Below, one piece after another: positions 9,692 to 17,767 of a DNA stretch of 64,000 nt. The notes below the pieces were generated by a model that was given only the letters and a program-made list of their open reading frames with translations, did no database searches and had not been told where the DNA came from. Positions within the stretch are counted from its first letter, which is position 1. The number at the start of each line of letters is the position of its first letter. A program made the position numbers and the translations under genes. The DNA is taken from the NCBI GenBank assembly GCA_017477185.1, contig JAFUXF010000004.1, forward strand, positions 53,132-117,131, given 5' to 3'. Source of the stretch: Alphaproteobacteria bacterium. Its GTDB lineage: Bacteria; Pseudomonadota; Alphaproteobacteria; RF32; CAG-239.

Positions 9692-10426
9692 CTAATATAC
9701 GATTTTTGATTGCAGATAAGCCTTAAATGTACGATAATCCGGAGCTCCGTACAAAATTTCTTTTTTGCCATTTTGAACGACCAAAAATGCAGGTGTTCCT
9801 TTGATTTGTAATCTATCTAACCCTTGCTGACGAACCTCTAAGATATCTTTTGCTAAGTCATCATTGTGGATACAATCACGGGCTTGAGCCTCTGTTAAGC
9901 CGTTTAACATGGCGTAACGGATTAAGACCTGTTCACTGTCATAAGCGAGCATCCATTCACGCTGCTTTTTGAACAGAGTTGTGATAAAAGATCCGTAATG
10001 ACTTTCCGGAACACATGTTGTCAGCATGGCTGCTTTCATGGATTTTTTATCTAATGGAAAATTGGTGAAAATAAATTTGACATGTCCGCTGTCAATAAAT
10101 TCTCTCTTTAGTAATGGGAGTGTTGATAAGTGAAAATCAGAACAGTGGCTGCAATTTAGGGAAGAAAATTCATAAATTGTAATCGGTGCATTGTCTGAAC
10201 CGAGAATCGGTCCGGTCGGTAAGGTTAAAGCAATATTCTTATCTAATGGTGTTGCCAGGGTCGAGATATCGGTTGCGGCATTTGCCGGTTTTACCAAAAC
10301 AATGTTTCCGTCAGGTTGAATAACAAATCCCTTCAGACTTAAATAGAATCCTGCACATAAAAAATAGACAAGGATTGCTGCTGCTAATGCGCTGATTTTT
10401 CTAATGATATTTTCAAAATTCATCAT
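9692..10426 (-). CDS. DsbA-family thiol:disulfide oxidoreductase (membrane anchored)
   Basis: N-terminal TM helix, then a thioredoxin-fold region with the CxxC site NCSHCSDFH. Confidence 0.7.
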   Translation of the reverse strand: MMNFENIIRKISALAAAILVYFLCAGFYLSLKGFVIQPDGNIVLVKPANAATDISTLATPLDKNIALTLPTGPILGSDNAPITIYEFSSLNCSHCSDFHLSTLPLLKREFIDSGHVKFIFTNFPLDKKSMKAAMLTTCVPESHYGSFITTLFKKQREWMLAYDSEQVLIRYAMLNGLTEAQARDCIHNDDLAKDILEVRQQGLDRLQIKGTPAFLVVQNGKKEILYGAPDYRTFKAYLQSKIVY

Positions 10427-10958
10427 TTTTCTTCTCTGGTTTATAATTACTTGCGAATATACTATGCCCCAACTTTATTAAAATTTCTTTTAGATTTTGA
10501 TTATTTATATCTTTTGTGAGATTTTTTATTTTTTCTTCATCCTCCGGACTGATATAACCCTTTGATAAATCCTGATTTTTATTATTTTGTTCGACAATGG
10601 CAGTCATTTCGTTATTTTGTAAAATTTTAATGGAAGAGACAGCTTGGTAGCCGAAATAGGTATTTATCTTATCAAGAATGTATTTTTCACGATGACTGAT
10701 TTCAAGCGCAAATGCGCCGGATATTACTTGTAATAACAAACGGCCGTTGTTTTTTTTATCTTTAGGAAATTCAATTTTTAGCGGAGAACAATATTGTGCC
10801 AATTGCTCACTGACAATGTTATCCCAGTTTGTTATAATATCTGTCTCGATAAAACCATGTTTGCTCATAATCTTTTTAGTCAGAGGCATCAGCGTCTGAG
10901 CAAGAGATTGCAAATCTTTGGTGGTTCGAATATCTTGGGTATCATCTTTATTGTTCAT
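10413..10958 (-). CDS. DUF721 (DciA-like) protein
   Basis: Pattern WDNIVSEQLAQYCSPLKIEF...GRLLLQVISGAFALEISH...ILDKINTYFGY matches the DUF721 layout by eye. Confidence 0.5.
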   Translation of the reverse strand: MNNKDDTQDIRTTKDLQSLAQTLMPLTKKIMSKHGFIETDIITNWDNIVSEQLAQYCSPLKIEFPKDKKNNGRLLLQVISGAFALEISHREKYILDKINTYFGYQAVSSIKILQNNEMTAIVEQNNKNQDLSKGYISPEDEEKIKNLTKDINNQNLKEILIKLGHSIFASNYKPEKKNDEF

Positions 10959-11043
10959 AGCTTAGGGGTAACATATTGATAATTAAATAGCAATATGCTA
11001 TCAGTGATGCTGGGATAAGTGATACAATATTTAATTTGAGGAT

Positions 11044-11328
11044 TTGATGGATTTCGCATTATTGTTTCAGGCGGTACTTGCACTGATATTTGTTATCGGG
11101 TTGGTGTTTTTGGTCTTTTGGCTGATGAAGTTTTGTGAGAGTAAAGGTTTGAATAATCCCTTTTTACGAAAAATGAAACTTTCAAACCGATTGTCAGTTA
11201 TTGAATCTAAGCGTGTTGATGCGCGTACCTGCTTGGTCTTGGCTCGTTGTGATGATGAAGAATATCTGTTGTTAGTGGGAAATGGTCAAAATATATTATT
11301 AAAAACAACGAAAGGAAGTAAAAAATAA
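11044..11328 (+). CDS. fliO: flagellar biosynthesis protein FliO
   Basis: 94 aa with a single TM helix. Its stop overlaps the fliP start (ATAATG). Confidence 0.65.
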   Translation: MMDFALLFQAVLALIFVIGLVFLVFWLMKFCESKGLNNPFLRKMKLSNRLSVIESKRVDARTCLVLARCDDEEYLLLVGNGQNILLKTTKGSKK

Positions 11329-12068
11329 TGAAAAAGAGTTGGTTTATTTTCTTTTTGTTGTTGGTCAGCTTGTTTTGGGTGTCACCGGTTATGGCACAGA
11401 CCGTCTCTTTAAGTGTTGATGATGTCACGGCAAATGGTTCGGCAACAGCGAGAATTTTTAATATTATTATGCTGATTACCGTGCTTTCTGTTGCTCCGAG
11501 TATTTTGGTTATGATGACCTCGTTTACGCGTTTGGTCGTTGTTTTTTCTATCACCCGAAGTGCGTTGGCGACAAACTCAACGCCTCCTAATACGGTGTTA
11601 ATCTCTTTAGCCTTATTTTTAACGATTTTTATTATGGCTCCGACTTTTGAGCAATCTTGGGAACAGGGCATTAAACCTATGTTTGATGAAAAAGTTGAAG
11701 TTATGGAAGGGTTGGAAAAAGCCTCCCTGCCAATTAAAGAGTTTATGGTACGAAATACCAGAGAGAAGGATTTATTATTGTTTACGGATTTAGCAAAAGA
11801 AAAACCAGCTGAGGATGTTAAAGATGTACCGCTCAAAATTGCTGTTCCGGCATTTATGATCAGTGAACTGCGCCGTGCTTTTGAAATCGGTTTTCTAATT
11901 TTTGTGCCTTTTTTAATTATTGATATGGTTATTGCTTCTATTTTGATGTCAATGGGTATGATGATGTTGCCACCTTCGGTTTTAGCGTTGCCGTTTAAGG
12001 TAATTTTCTTTGTTTTGATTGATGGATGGTATGTATTGGCAGGGTCTCTCATTCAATCCTTCAAGTAA
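11328..12068 (+). CDS. fliP: flagellar type III export apparatus protein FliP
   Basis: Signal-like N-terminus, then TSFTRLVVVFSITRSALAT, FMISELRRAFEIGFLIFVPFLIIDMV and MGMMMLPP. Confidence 0.9.
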   Translation: MKKSWFIFFLLLVSLFWVSPVMAQTVSLSVDDVTANGSATARIFNIIMLITVLSVAPSILVMMTSFTRLVVVFSITRSALATNSTPPNTVLISLALFLTIFIMAPTFEQSWEQGIKPMFDEKVEVMEGLEKASLPIKEFMVRNTREKDLLLFTDLAKEKPAEDVKDVPLKIAVPAFMISELRRAFEIGFLIFVPFLIIDMVIASILMSMGMMMLPPSVLALPFKVIFFVLIDGWYVLAGSLIQSFK

Positions 12069-12366
12069 AAAACTCGTATAATGGGCTACTAGTGCGTCGT
12101 TAGCGAGATGAGAAAATGCTCATGTACCTCTATGTACACTCCACTTCGCAATTTGTTCAAAATCTTATTATTAACCACAAATATCGCGTTTTAAGGTGAT
12201 GGTATCGCTCTTTGGGTTATTAATGCAGATGTTTCAAAATTTTTTTAATTAGGTGTTTGGGCAAAAATTTAATAGAGTTTTTATTTCTATCTTTTTGAAA
12301 ATACGCTTTTTTATTGAAAAGTTTTCTTTTTTGTGCTATATTTGTATATATAGTGGGAGAAAAACC

Positions 12367-12801
12367 ATGAGCGTTACGTCTACCAGAAGAGTTTCCTCCT
12401 CATATGGTACGCCGGTTAAAGGCGGCTATGAGACAGTGCAAGGGCGGCAATCGTTTGTTGAAACGATTGATACTACCAATAATGTTTTGGTTAGTGATGA
12501 TGCAAATTCAGGCAAACATGCTTATTATCCTCAAGAAAAATCAGAAGAAGAAAGTTTTGAGAAACAGGTTTCTTCGGTCTCTCAATCCGGTTTGAATAAT
12601 GGTATTCAAACCAATCAGATGCGGGGGCCTCTTATTGATAATGATAGTGATACCGAAAATCATGCTCTTAATCGTAGTGTCGGTATTTACGGAGCAAATC
12701 AAAGTATTTCTTCAGGGCAGGAAGATAGGCCGAGTAATCCGTATCTTAAGCATCTTTATGAAAACAATGAGCTTATAGAAGATATCGACGAGTTTATTTA
12801 A
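12367..12801 (+). CDS. hypothetical S/N/Q-rich, probably disordered protein
   Basis: ATG at 12367 preceded by GGGAGA. 144 aa of low complexity, downstream of fliP. Confidence 0.45.
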   Translation: MSVTSTRRVSSSYGTPVKGGYETVQGRQSFVETIDTTNNVLVSDDANSGKHAYYPQEKSEEESFEKQVSSVSQSGLNNGIQTNQMRGPLIDNDSDTENHALNRSVGIYGANQSISSGQEDRPSNPYLKHLYENNELIEDIDEFI

Positions 12802-12947
12802 TAACCGTACTATTTTTTCGGACACTTAATCAGAAATTTACTCTATTTTCTTTTGTGCTGGTATCCTTATACTAAGGAGTGTCTTGATAATCTACATATG
12901 ATTAGCTGGGCAAACTTGAGTTTAATTTATAAAAAGGATAATGAACT

Positions 12948-13151
12948 ATGCTTAAAGGTACTGTAAAGTGGTTTAATGTCAAAAAAGGCTATGGATTTAT
13001 TCAGACGCCGAATACGTCAAAAGATATTTTTGTTCATGTAACGGCTGTGCAACAATCCGGATTGCGTCGTTTAGTGGATGGACAAGAAGTTAGTTTTGAT
13101 ATTTTTGATGATAGAGGACGTCCTGCCGCTAATCATATTTCTTTATTATAA
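12948..13151 (+). CDS. cspA: cold-shock protein (CspA family)
   Basis: GTVKWFNVKKGYGFI and DIFVHVTAV, corresponding to the RNP1/RNP2 motifs. Confidence 0.9.
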   Translation: MLKGTVKWFNVKKGYGFIQTPNTSKDIFVHVTAVQQSGLRRLVDGQEVSFDIFDDRGRPAANHISLL

Positions 13152-13209
13152 ATGACTATTTGTACTAATAGTCCCCAGTTTTAGTGACTTGGGGATTTTT
13201 TTGTATATG

Positions 13210-13239
13210 AAAAACGAGTCGGCATGGGGAGCCGACTCG
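13210..13239 (-). terminator. Rho-independent terminator of the lipoprotein gene
   Basis: Perfect 9-bp stem cgagtcggc/gccgactcg, with a T-run on the minus strand. Confidence 0.65.
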
Positions 13240-13265
13240 CTTTGTTCTCTAGAGATGAGGAGAAT

Positions 13266-13856
13266 CTATTTTACTTCTTCAACCGAGATTTTAACCGGTT
13301 CTTGTGTGATTTGTTTTTCAATAACATGCGAAACAGTCGGTTGTTGAACAACGATTTCTTGAGTAGCAGGGCGTTGAACAACAACTTCCACCGGTTGAGG
13401 AGCTACGGTAACAGGTTGAGTCGTAATTGTGACAGGTTGTGCAGCAACGGTTACCGGCTGAGTAGCTACAGTTTGAACAGGTGCCCCTTTAACAGCTTCA
13501 CGTTCATAACTGATGTCAGAAGTTGTTTTGGGTTCATAAACTGTTGTGTAAGTTGTTTTTTTGTAAACAATCTCTACCGGTTCACGAGTCGCACTAACTG
13601 TCGGTTGGCAACCATTGCATGGAACCGGATGTTGAACGACGACAGGAGTCGGAGCAGGTTGAACACAAGGAACAGCTTGTTGAACGACAACCGGAGTCGG
13701 TTGTTGTACAACAACAGGTGCCGGAGCAGGTTGTGGACGAACTTCTTCTGCTTTACGAGGTTCAGAATGATAAGTGCAATCTTCTTCACCGACAATTGGT
13801 CCTTGTGCGCAAGCACTTACAAAGAACATTGATGCTAAGGCTATATATTTTTTCAT
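13266..13856 (-). CDS. lipoprotein with P/V/Q/T-rich repeats
   Basis: Begins MKKYIALASMFFVSAC (lipobox). Contains iterated QPVTV/QPTPVVVQQ units. Confidence 0.7.
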   Translation of the reverse strand: MKKYIALASMFFVSACAQGPIVGEEDCTYHSEPRKAEEVRPQPAPAPVVVQQPTPVVVQQAVPCVQPAPTPVVVQHPVPCNGCQPTVSATREPVEIVYKKTTYTTVYEPKTTSDISYEREAVKGAPVQTVATQPVTVAAQPVTITTQPVTVAPQPVEVVVQRPATQEIVVQQPTVSHVIEKQITQEPVKISVEEVK

Positions 13857-14080
13857 TTTTTAACTCCAAATAAGGTTGTTATAACAAATATTTTCCAAAA
13901 GGCTGTGCTGTGTATAACACAAAAAAACAAATTTGTCAATTTTTTGTTTAAAATAATTTTTCTAATTTAGATAATATACTGATATATATTAAAAAAAATT
14001 TAATTATCCAGAGCTTTTTTATATATTTTATAAAGTGCTTGAATATTAAAAATAAGTGTGATATTAATGCGACTCGCATT

Positions 14081-14157
14081 CGAAGTGTAGTTCAGCCTGG
14101 TAGAACGCTACGTTCGGGACGTAGAGGTCGCTGGTTCGAGTCCAGTCACTTCGACCA
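14081..14157 (+). tRNA. tRNA-Pro (anticodon CGG)
   Basis: 77-nt cloverleaf folded by hand: acceptor CGAAGTG/CACTTCG, anticodon loop TTCGGGA, T-loop TTCGAGT, encoded CCA. Confidence 0.85.
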
Positions 14158-14193
14158 ATAACAAAAAGCACCCTTTATGGGTGTTTTTTGTTA

Positions 14194-14224
14194 TTGGATT
14201 GAGGACTAGGGCTCGAACCAGCGA
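14194..14224 (-). other. diverged inverted copy of a tRNA 3' half (possible att scar)
   Basis: The reverse complement tcgctggttcgagccctagtcctcaatccaa aligns with tRNA-Pro 14128-14158. The first 13 nt are identical and the ...ccaa end is shared. Confidence 0.4.
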
Positions 14225-14429
14225 AAAAGCTGTTTGACAAGGAGGAGCAGGCGAGACGGGAGTATCGCCGCACTTGCGACGACGCAGCTCAAGCTAAACT
14301 ACAAGAAAAGGCAGTAAAAGATGCTATTAAATTTACAAAAATTCATCGTGAAGAAGCGACTGTTTTAGAAGGTGATACATTTGATGTAATCTATGTAAAT
14401 CCGTTATCTGCAAAAATTTCGTTTAATGA

Positions 14430-14642
14430 GATAAAAGATTTACCGGCTCTTTAGCATATAATAATACCTTGTCTCAAAAAAGAGCTTCTGCAGTAGCGAC
14501 ATATTTGATTAACCGTGGTATTGCGGCAAGTCGTATCAGTGCGGCAGGAGTAGGTCCCTCTTATCCGATTGCATCTAATAGTACGGCAGCGGGCAGAGAA
14601 CAAAATCGTCGTGTCGAGATTTCTATTATCCAAATACAGTAA
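14430..14642 (+). pseudogene. OmpA/MotB-family C-terminal domain remnant
   Basis: The frame reads ...FTGSLAYNNTLSQKRASAVATYLINRGIAASRISAAGVGPSYPIASNSTAAGREQNRRVEISII. It has no start codon, and an in-frame stop lies immediately upstream at 14427-14429. Confidence 0.65.
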
Positions 14643-14688
14643 GATGATGATCAAGAAAGCCCTTGATTTGTTATCAAGGGCTTTTGTT

Positions 14689-15867
14689 TTAACGATTGTG
14701 TAAATCTCGCAGCTGTTTCAGATTTTTTATTTTCTGAAGCTGATTATTATGTTTTTTTTGCGAAACTTTCATTTCGTATAGAAAACGTTTCTGGTTAGTG
14801 TTTACATAATCTGCTATTGTTTGTGAATGTTCTTTTTGATTGTACACTTTTTGAAGGTCATTTAATAAAATTCTTGAAGGAACTTCTGAAATGTGCGATC
14901 TCGGATGTTTTTCCAAATATTTTTTAAGTGTGCTGCTGCGATAATTTGCCGGCAAAATTCCCTTTTTCTGTAAGTCATTTATGACAATTGTTGGTGCTCG
15001 ATTGCAAGCTTTTTCGAGATTTTGTGCAATTTCTATAGAAAGATTGTCAGAATTTATTTTTGCATGATTTTGCTTGTTAGAATTGTTTGCAACTATTTGT
15101 TTTTGCTGAGTACTTTTATCTTTAGCCTGACTATTTTGAGAAGCTTTCTTCTCAGTATTTACGGTGCTTTGATATTTTTGTTTGTTTTTAATAATGGTAG
15201 CCAGTGTGTCAGAATTTGTTTTTGATGATTGTTTCTGAGCCAGCGTGTCGTTTTTTGTAACTTCATGCCACGATGTTGTATCATTTGATACTTCTGATAC
15301 TTCTGTACGCACCGGTTGTGGTATTATTTTTTCTAATTTGGGCTTAATGAATGAATTGTAAAATCCGATTGCAGGTTTTACGGCAAAGAGGGATGCTCCG
15401 ACCAAAACCGTTCCTAAAATGTATTTTTTTCCTTTTTCCCATAATTTTTTAGGCAAATGAACTAATGTCGCCCCTGCGGAGGCAATCTTTTTCCCGATAT
15501 CCTTTACTTTTTGTTTCCATTTTTTTTGGATTTTAATGTCATTCAATTCTATGAAATTAGGATCAAGCCCTCTTTTTCTGTTGAGATTTGCCATGGCTTG
15601 TTTGGCTTCGGCTGTATATCGACCGTTTTCGTCATATCCCAGTTCTCGAATGATTTGTTCAATAAGACTGCAAGAGGTAGAATCGTTAATATTTACTTCA
15701 ACTTTATTGTTAGCCATACTAGACAAAATACTTAATAAAAGATGAGAACAGTGTTCTTCTCTCCATTCATTATAAGATAATTTGCTTTTGCTCTTTTTTA
15801 GCGAGTATAAATAGCTTTTAATGGATTCTGTATCTATGGATATTCCGCAATAAGTAATTGTTGACAT
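14689..15867 (-). CDS. hypothetical protein with a central TM segment and a K/Q/N-rich C-terminal half
   Basis: 392-aa ORF with an AAGGAAGG RBS. No motif recognised. Confidence 0.5.
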   Translation of the reverse strand: MSTITYCGISIDTESIKSYLYSLKKSKSKLSYNEWREEHCSHLLLSILSSMANNKVEVNINDSTSCSLIEQIIRELGYDENGRYTAEAKQAMANLNRKRGLDPNFIELNDIKIQKKWKQKVKDIGKKIASAGATLVHLPKKLWEKGKKYILGTVLVGASLFAVKPAIGFYNSFIKPKLEKIIPQPVRTEVSEVSNDTTSWHEVTKNDTLAQKQSSKTNSDTLATIIKNKQKYQSTVNTEKKASQNSQAKDKSTQQKQIVANNSNKQNHAKINSDNLSIEIAQNLEKACNRAPTIVINDLQKKGILPANYRSSTLKKYLEKHPRSHISEVPSRILLNDLQKVYNQKEHSQTIADYVNTNQKRFLYEMKVSQKKHNNQLQKIKNLKQLRDLHNR

Positions 15868-16069
15868 TTTTGTACCTTCCTTTCTTAAATTTTGGGTATT
15901 GTGTCATAAATAAACAAAAATGTCAATATGTTTTGTCTATTTTTTAAGCACTCTCTTTATTGACAATTAAGCAGAAATATACTTTGATAGGTGGCGTGAA
16001 TTTCATTTATTATTAGCTATTTCAGAATAAAGTAAAAAAATCTAATCAACATCGGTAAGGTGAGGGTGA

Positions 16070-16642
16070 ATGAATTATACAATACTTGTTAATAAGAAAA
16101 ATCTTTTATCCGAAGATTATGAGCCTGAAAATTTGGTCGAGATTCATGAACCGATGGGGGCAAAATTAGATAAAACTTATGTTAACAGGCTTAATGCTAA
16201 TGCATATAATGCTTTTAAGGAAATGCAGCGAGATGCCCTCAGAAAAGGATATGAGATATTTATTGATTCCTCGTACAGAACTTATGCGTATCAGGAGAAA
16301 GTATTTGCAGATGTCGCCCTAAAAAAAGGACTGGAGCACGCTCAAAAGTTTGTTGCTCCTGCCGGAGGAAGTGAACATCAAACAGGGTTAGCCTTTGATG
16401 TTATTTTCAGACGAAACGGTAAAATGATTGAAGAACAAAAAGAAGATGATGCGGAAATAAGGTGGTTGTTTGCAAATGCCCACAAATATGGATTTATTTT
16501 GAGATTTCCTAAAGGAAAAGAGTATATAACCGGTTTTAACTTTGAGCCGTGGCATTTCAGATATGTAGGGCAAAAAGTGGCAGAAGAGATATTTGTTGCC
16601 GGTATTACTTTGGAAGAATATTGCCAATCGCATTCTCTCTAA
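16070..16642 (+). CDS. D-alanyl-D-alanine carboxypeptidase, VanY/M15B family
   Basis: SSYRTYAYQ, GGSEHQTGLAFDV and FEPWHFRYVG, corresponding to the Zn ligands H-x6-D...H. Confidence 0.8.
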   Translation: MNYTILVNKKNLLSEDYEPENLVEIHEPMGAKLDKTYVNRLNANAYNAFKEMQRDALRKGYEIFIDSSYRTYAYQEKVFADVALKKGLEHAQKFVAPAGGSEHQTGLAFDVIFRRNGKMIEEQKEDDAEIRWLFANAHKYGFILRFPKGKEYITGFNFEPWHFRYVGQKVAEEIFVAGITLEEYCQSHSL

Positions 16643-16663
16643 GAGATTTTGATGGCTAACAAA

Positions 16664-17509
16664 TTATTCTTGTGTTGTGAAATTGCATTTATGTTTATAA
16701 ATAGGAAGTTTGAAAATCTTAATAAGGCGATAGCCGGAAGATGTTTTTTTGTTTGTATAAATAAATCGCCAAATTCTTTGTAGAAACAACTGCGGGCATA
16801 TTCCGTCACAGCCTTTAATTTTATACCCTTGGGCCACAACAATGCACCCGAATAAGCGTTCCATCACATGTGCTAACGTTCCGTCTCGCACCTTACCATC
16901 TGTCGGTTCAAAATCCGTCAATTGATATTTATTTTTAATCGGTTCTAATAAATGAGCGCGACACATAAACATGGTTCCGGCAATAAACGGCATGGATTTG
17001 GATGAATATCCGCATTTTTCTATAGCCTGTTTTACCGCCGCCTGAAGATTAGGTGTGCTTTTTCGAGAAATCAGGTATTGTGATCCAATCATGCCCAAAG
17101 ACTTATTTTTTGCAAATAGTTTGATGTTTTTCTTAAATTGCTGAGGTGTTCCCAGTAGAGAGTGTATCAGAAGTTTCGCCCATAATTCCCTTCCGATAAT
17201 ATAAGGACCAATGTGTGTTACCGAACCTGGAGCGTTATTTTTGGTATGAATTTTCAAAATAAGATCATACTTTTGCAAATCAATGTTGTGCAGAAATTCA
17301 ATAAATGGTCCGATATCATAACCGCGATTTTCAACGACTTTAACCCATGAATTTGAGTGGAAATTTTTAATATCTTGTATAAGCTCGGGCTGTTCTTTGG
17401 TCATGGTTACAAACAAATCATAAGGATAATCTTCTATATGCGACAACAACTGTTTGATTTGTGGCCACATATCAAAATAATGTAAATGCAAATGAACTGC
17501 TAAAACCAA
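16664..17509 (-). CDS. rhamnan synthesis protein F (RgpF)-like glycosyltransferase
   Basis: LAVHLHLHYFDMW...YDLFVT and ENRGYDIGPF...YDLILKIHTKNN resemble RgpF family motifs. Confidence 0.5.
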   Translation of the reverse strand: MVLAVHLHLHYFDMWPQIKQLLSHIEDYPYDLFVTMTKEQPELIQDIKNFHSNSWVKVVENRGYDIGPFIEFLHNIDLQKYDLILKIHTKNNAPGSVTHIGPYIIGRELWAKLLIHSLLGTPQQFKKNIKLFAKNKSLGMIGSQYLISRKSTPNLQAAVKQAIEKCGYSSKSMPFIAGTMFMCRAHLLEPIKNKYQLTDFEPTDGKVRDGTLAHVMERLFGCIVVAQGYKIKGCDGICPQLFLQRIWRFIYTNKKTSSGYRLIKIFKLPIYKHKCNFTTQE

Positions 17510-17554
17510 TTTTTACCCTAGTAACAAATAAACCACCCTAACGGTGGCTCTTTT

Positions 17555-17602
17555 AATTGGTGGGCGCTGAGAGGTTCGAACTCCCGACCCTCTCGGTGTA
17601 AA
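17555..17602. repeat. att core copy (orphan 3' half of tRNA-Val)
   Basis: aattggtgggcgctgagaggttcgaactcccgaccctctcggtgtaaa is identical to 49314-49361. Confidence 0.9.
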
Positions 17603-17767
17603 TTATATTAACCACCATTAAACACCGTTTCACACAGCTTAACATAGCTTAACACAACCTGTCAATACCCTTGACAGATAAAAAATAAAAGCCGTATAAA
17701 TATTTTTGTAACTTCACACGGTTTAACACAGCTTAACAATAAAAAGCGGGGCTATGGCGGGGCTAAA

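Noticed and set aside
11207-12052. 281-aa minus-strand ORF covering fliP
   Set aside because: It lies antisense to a clearly conserved FliP coding sequence, has low-complexity translation and no RBS. It is a shadow ORF.
13224-13832. 202-aa plus-strand ORF (and other track ORFs) opposite the PVQ-repeat lipoprotein gene
   Set aside because: The repetitive, codon-biased lipoprotein gene keeps the other frames open. The minus-strand ORF has a signal peptide, lipobox, RBS and terminator, and the plus-strand one has none of these.
14657-14690. Shared sequence gaaagcccttgattt in the hairpin here and at 49285-49310 near the right att site, considered as a dispersed repeat
   Set aside because: Only about 15 nt are shared and both copies are simple terminator-like hairpins. 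That is too short to separate from chance in AT-rich DNA without a genome-wide count.
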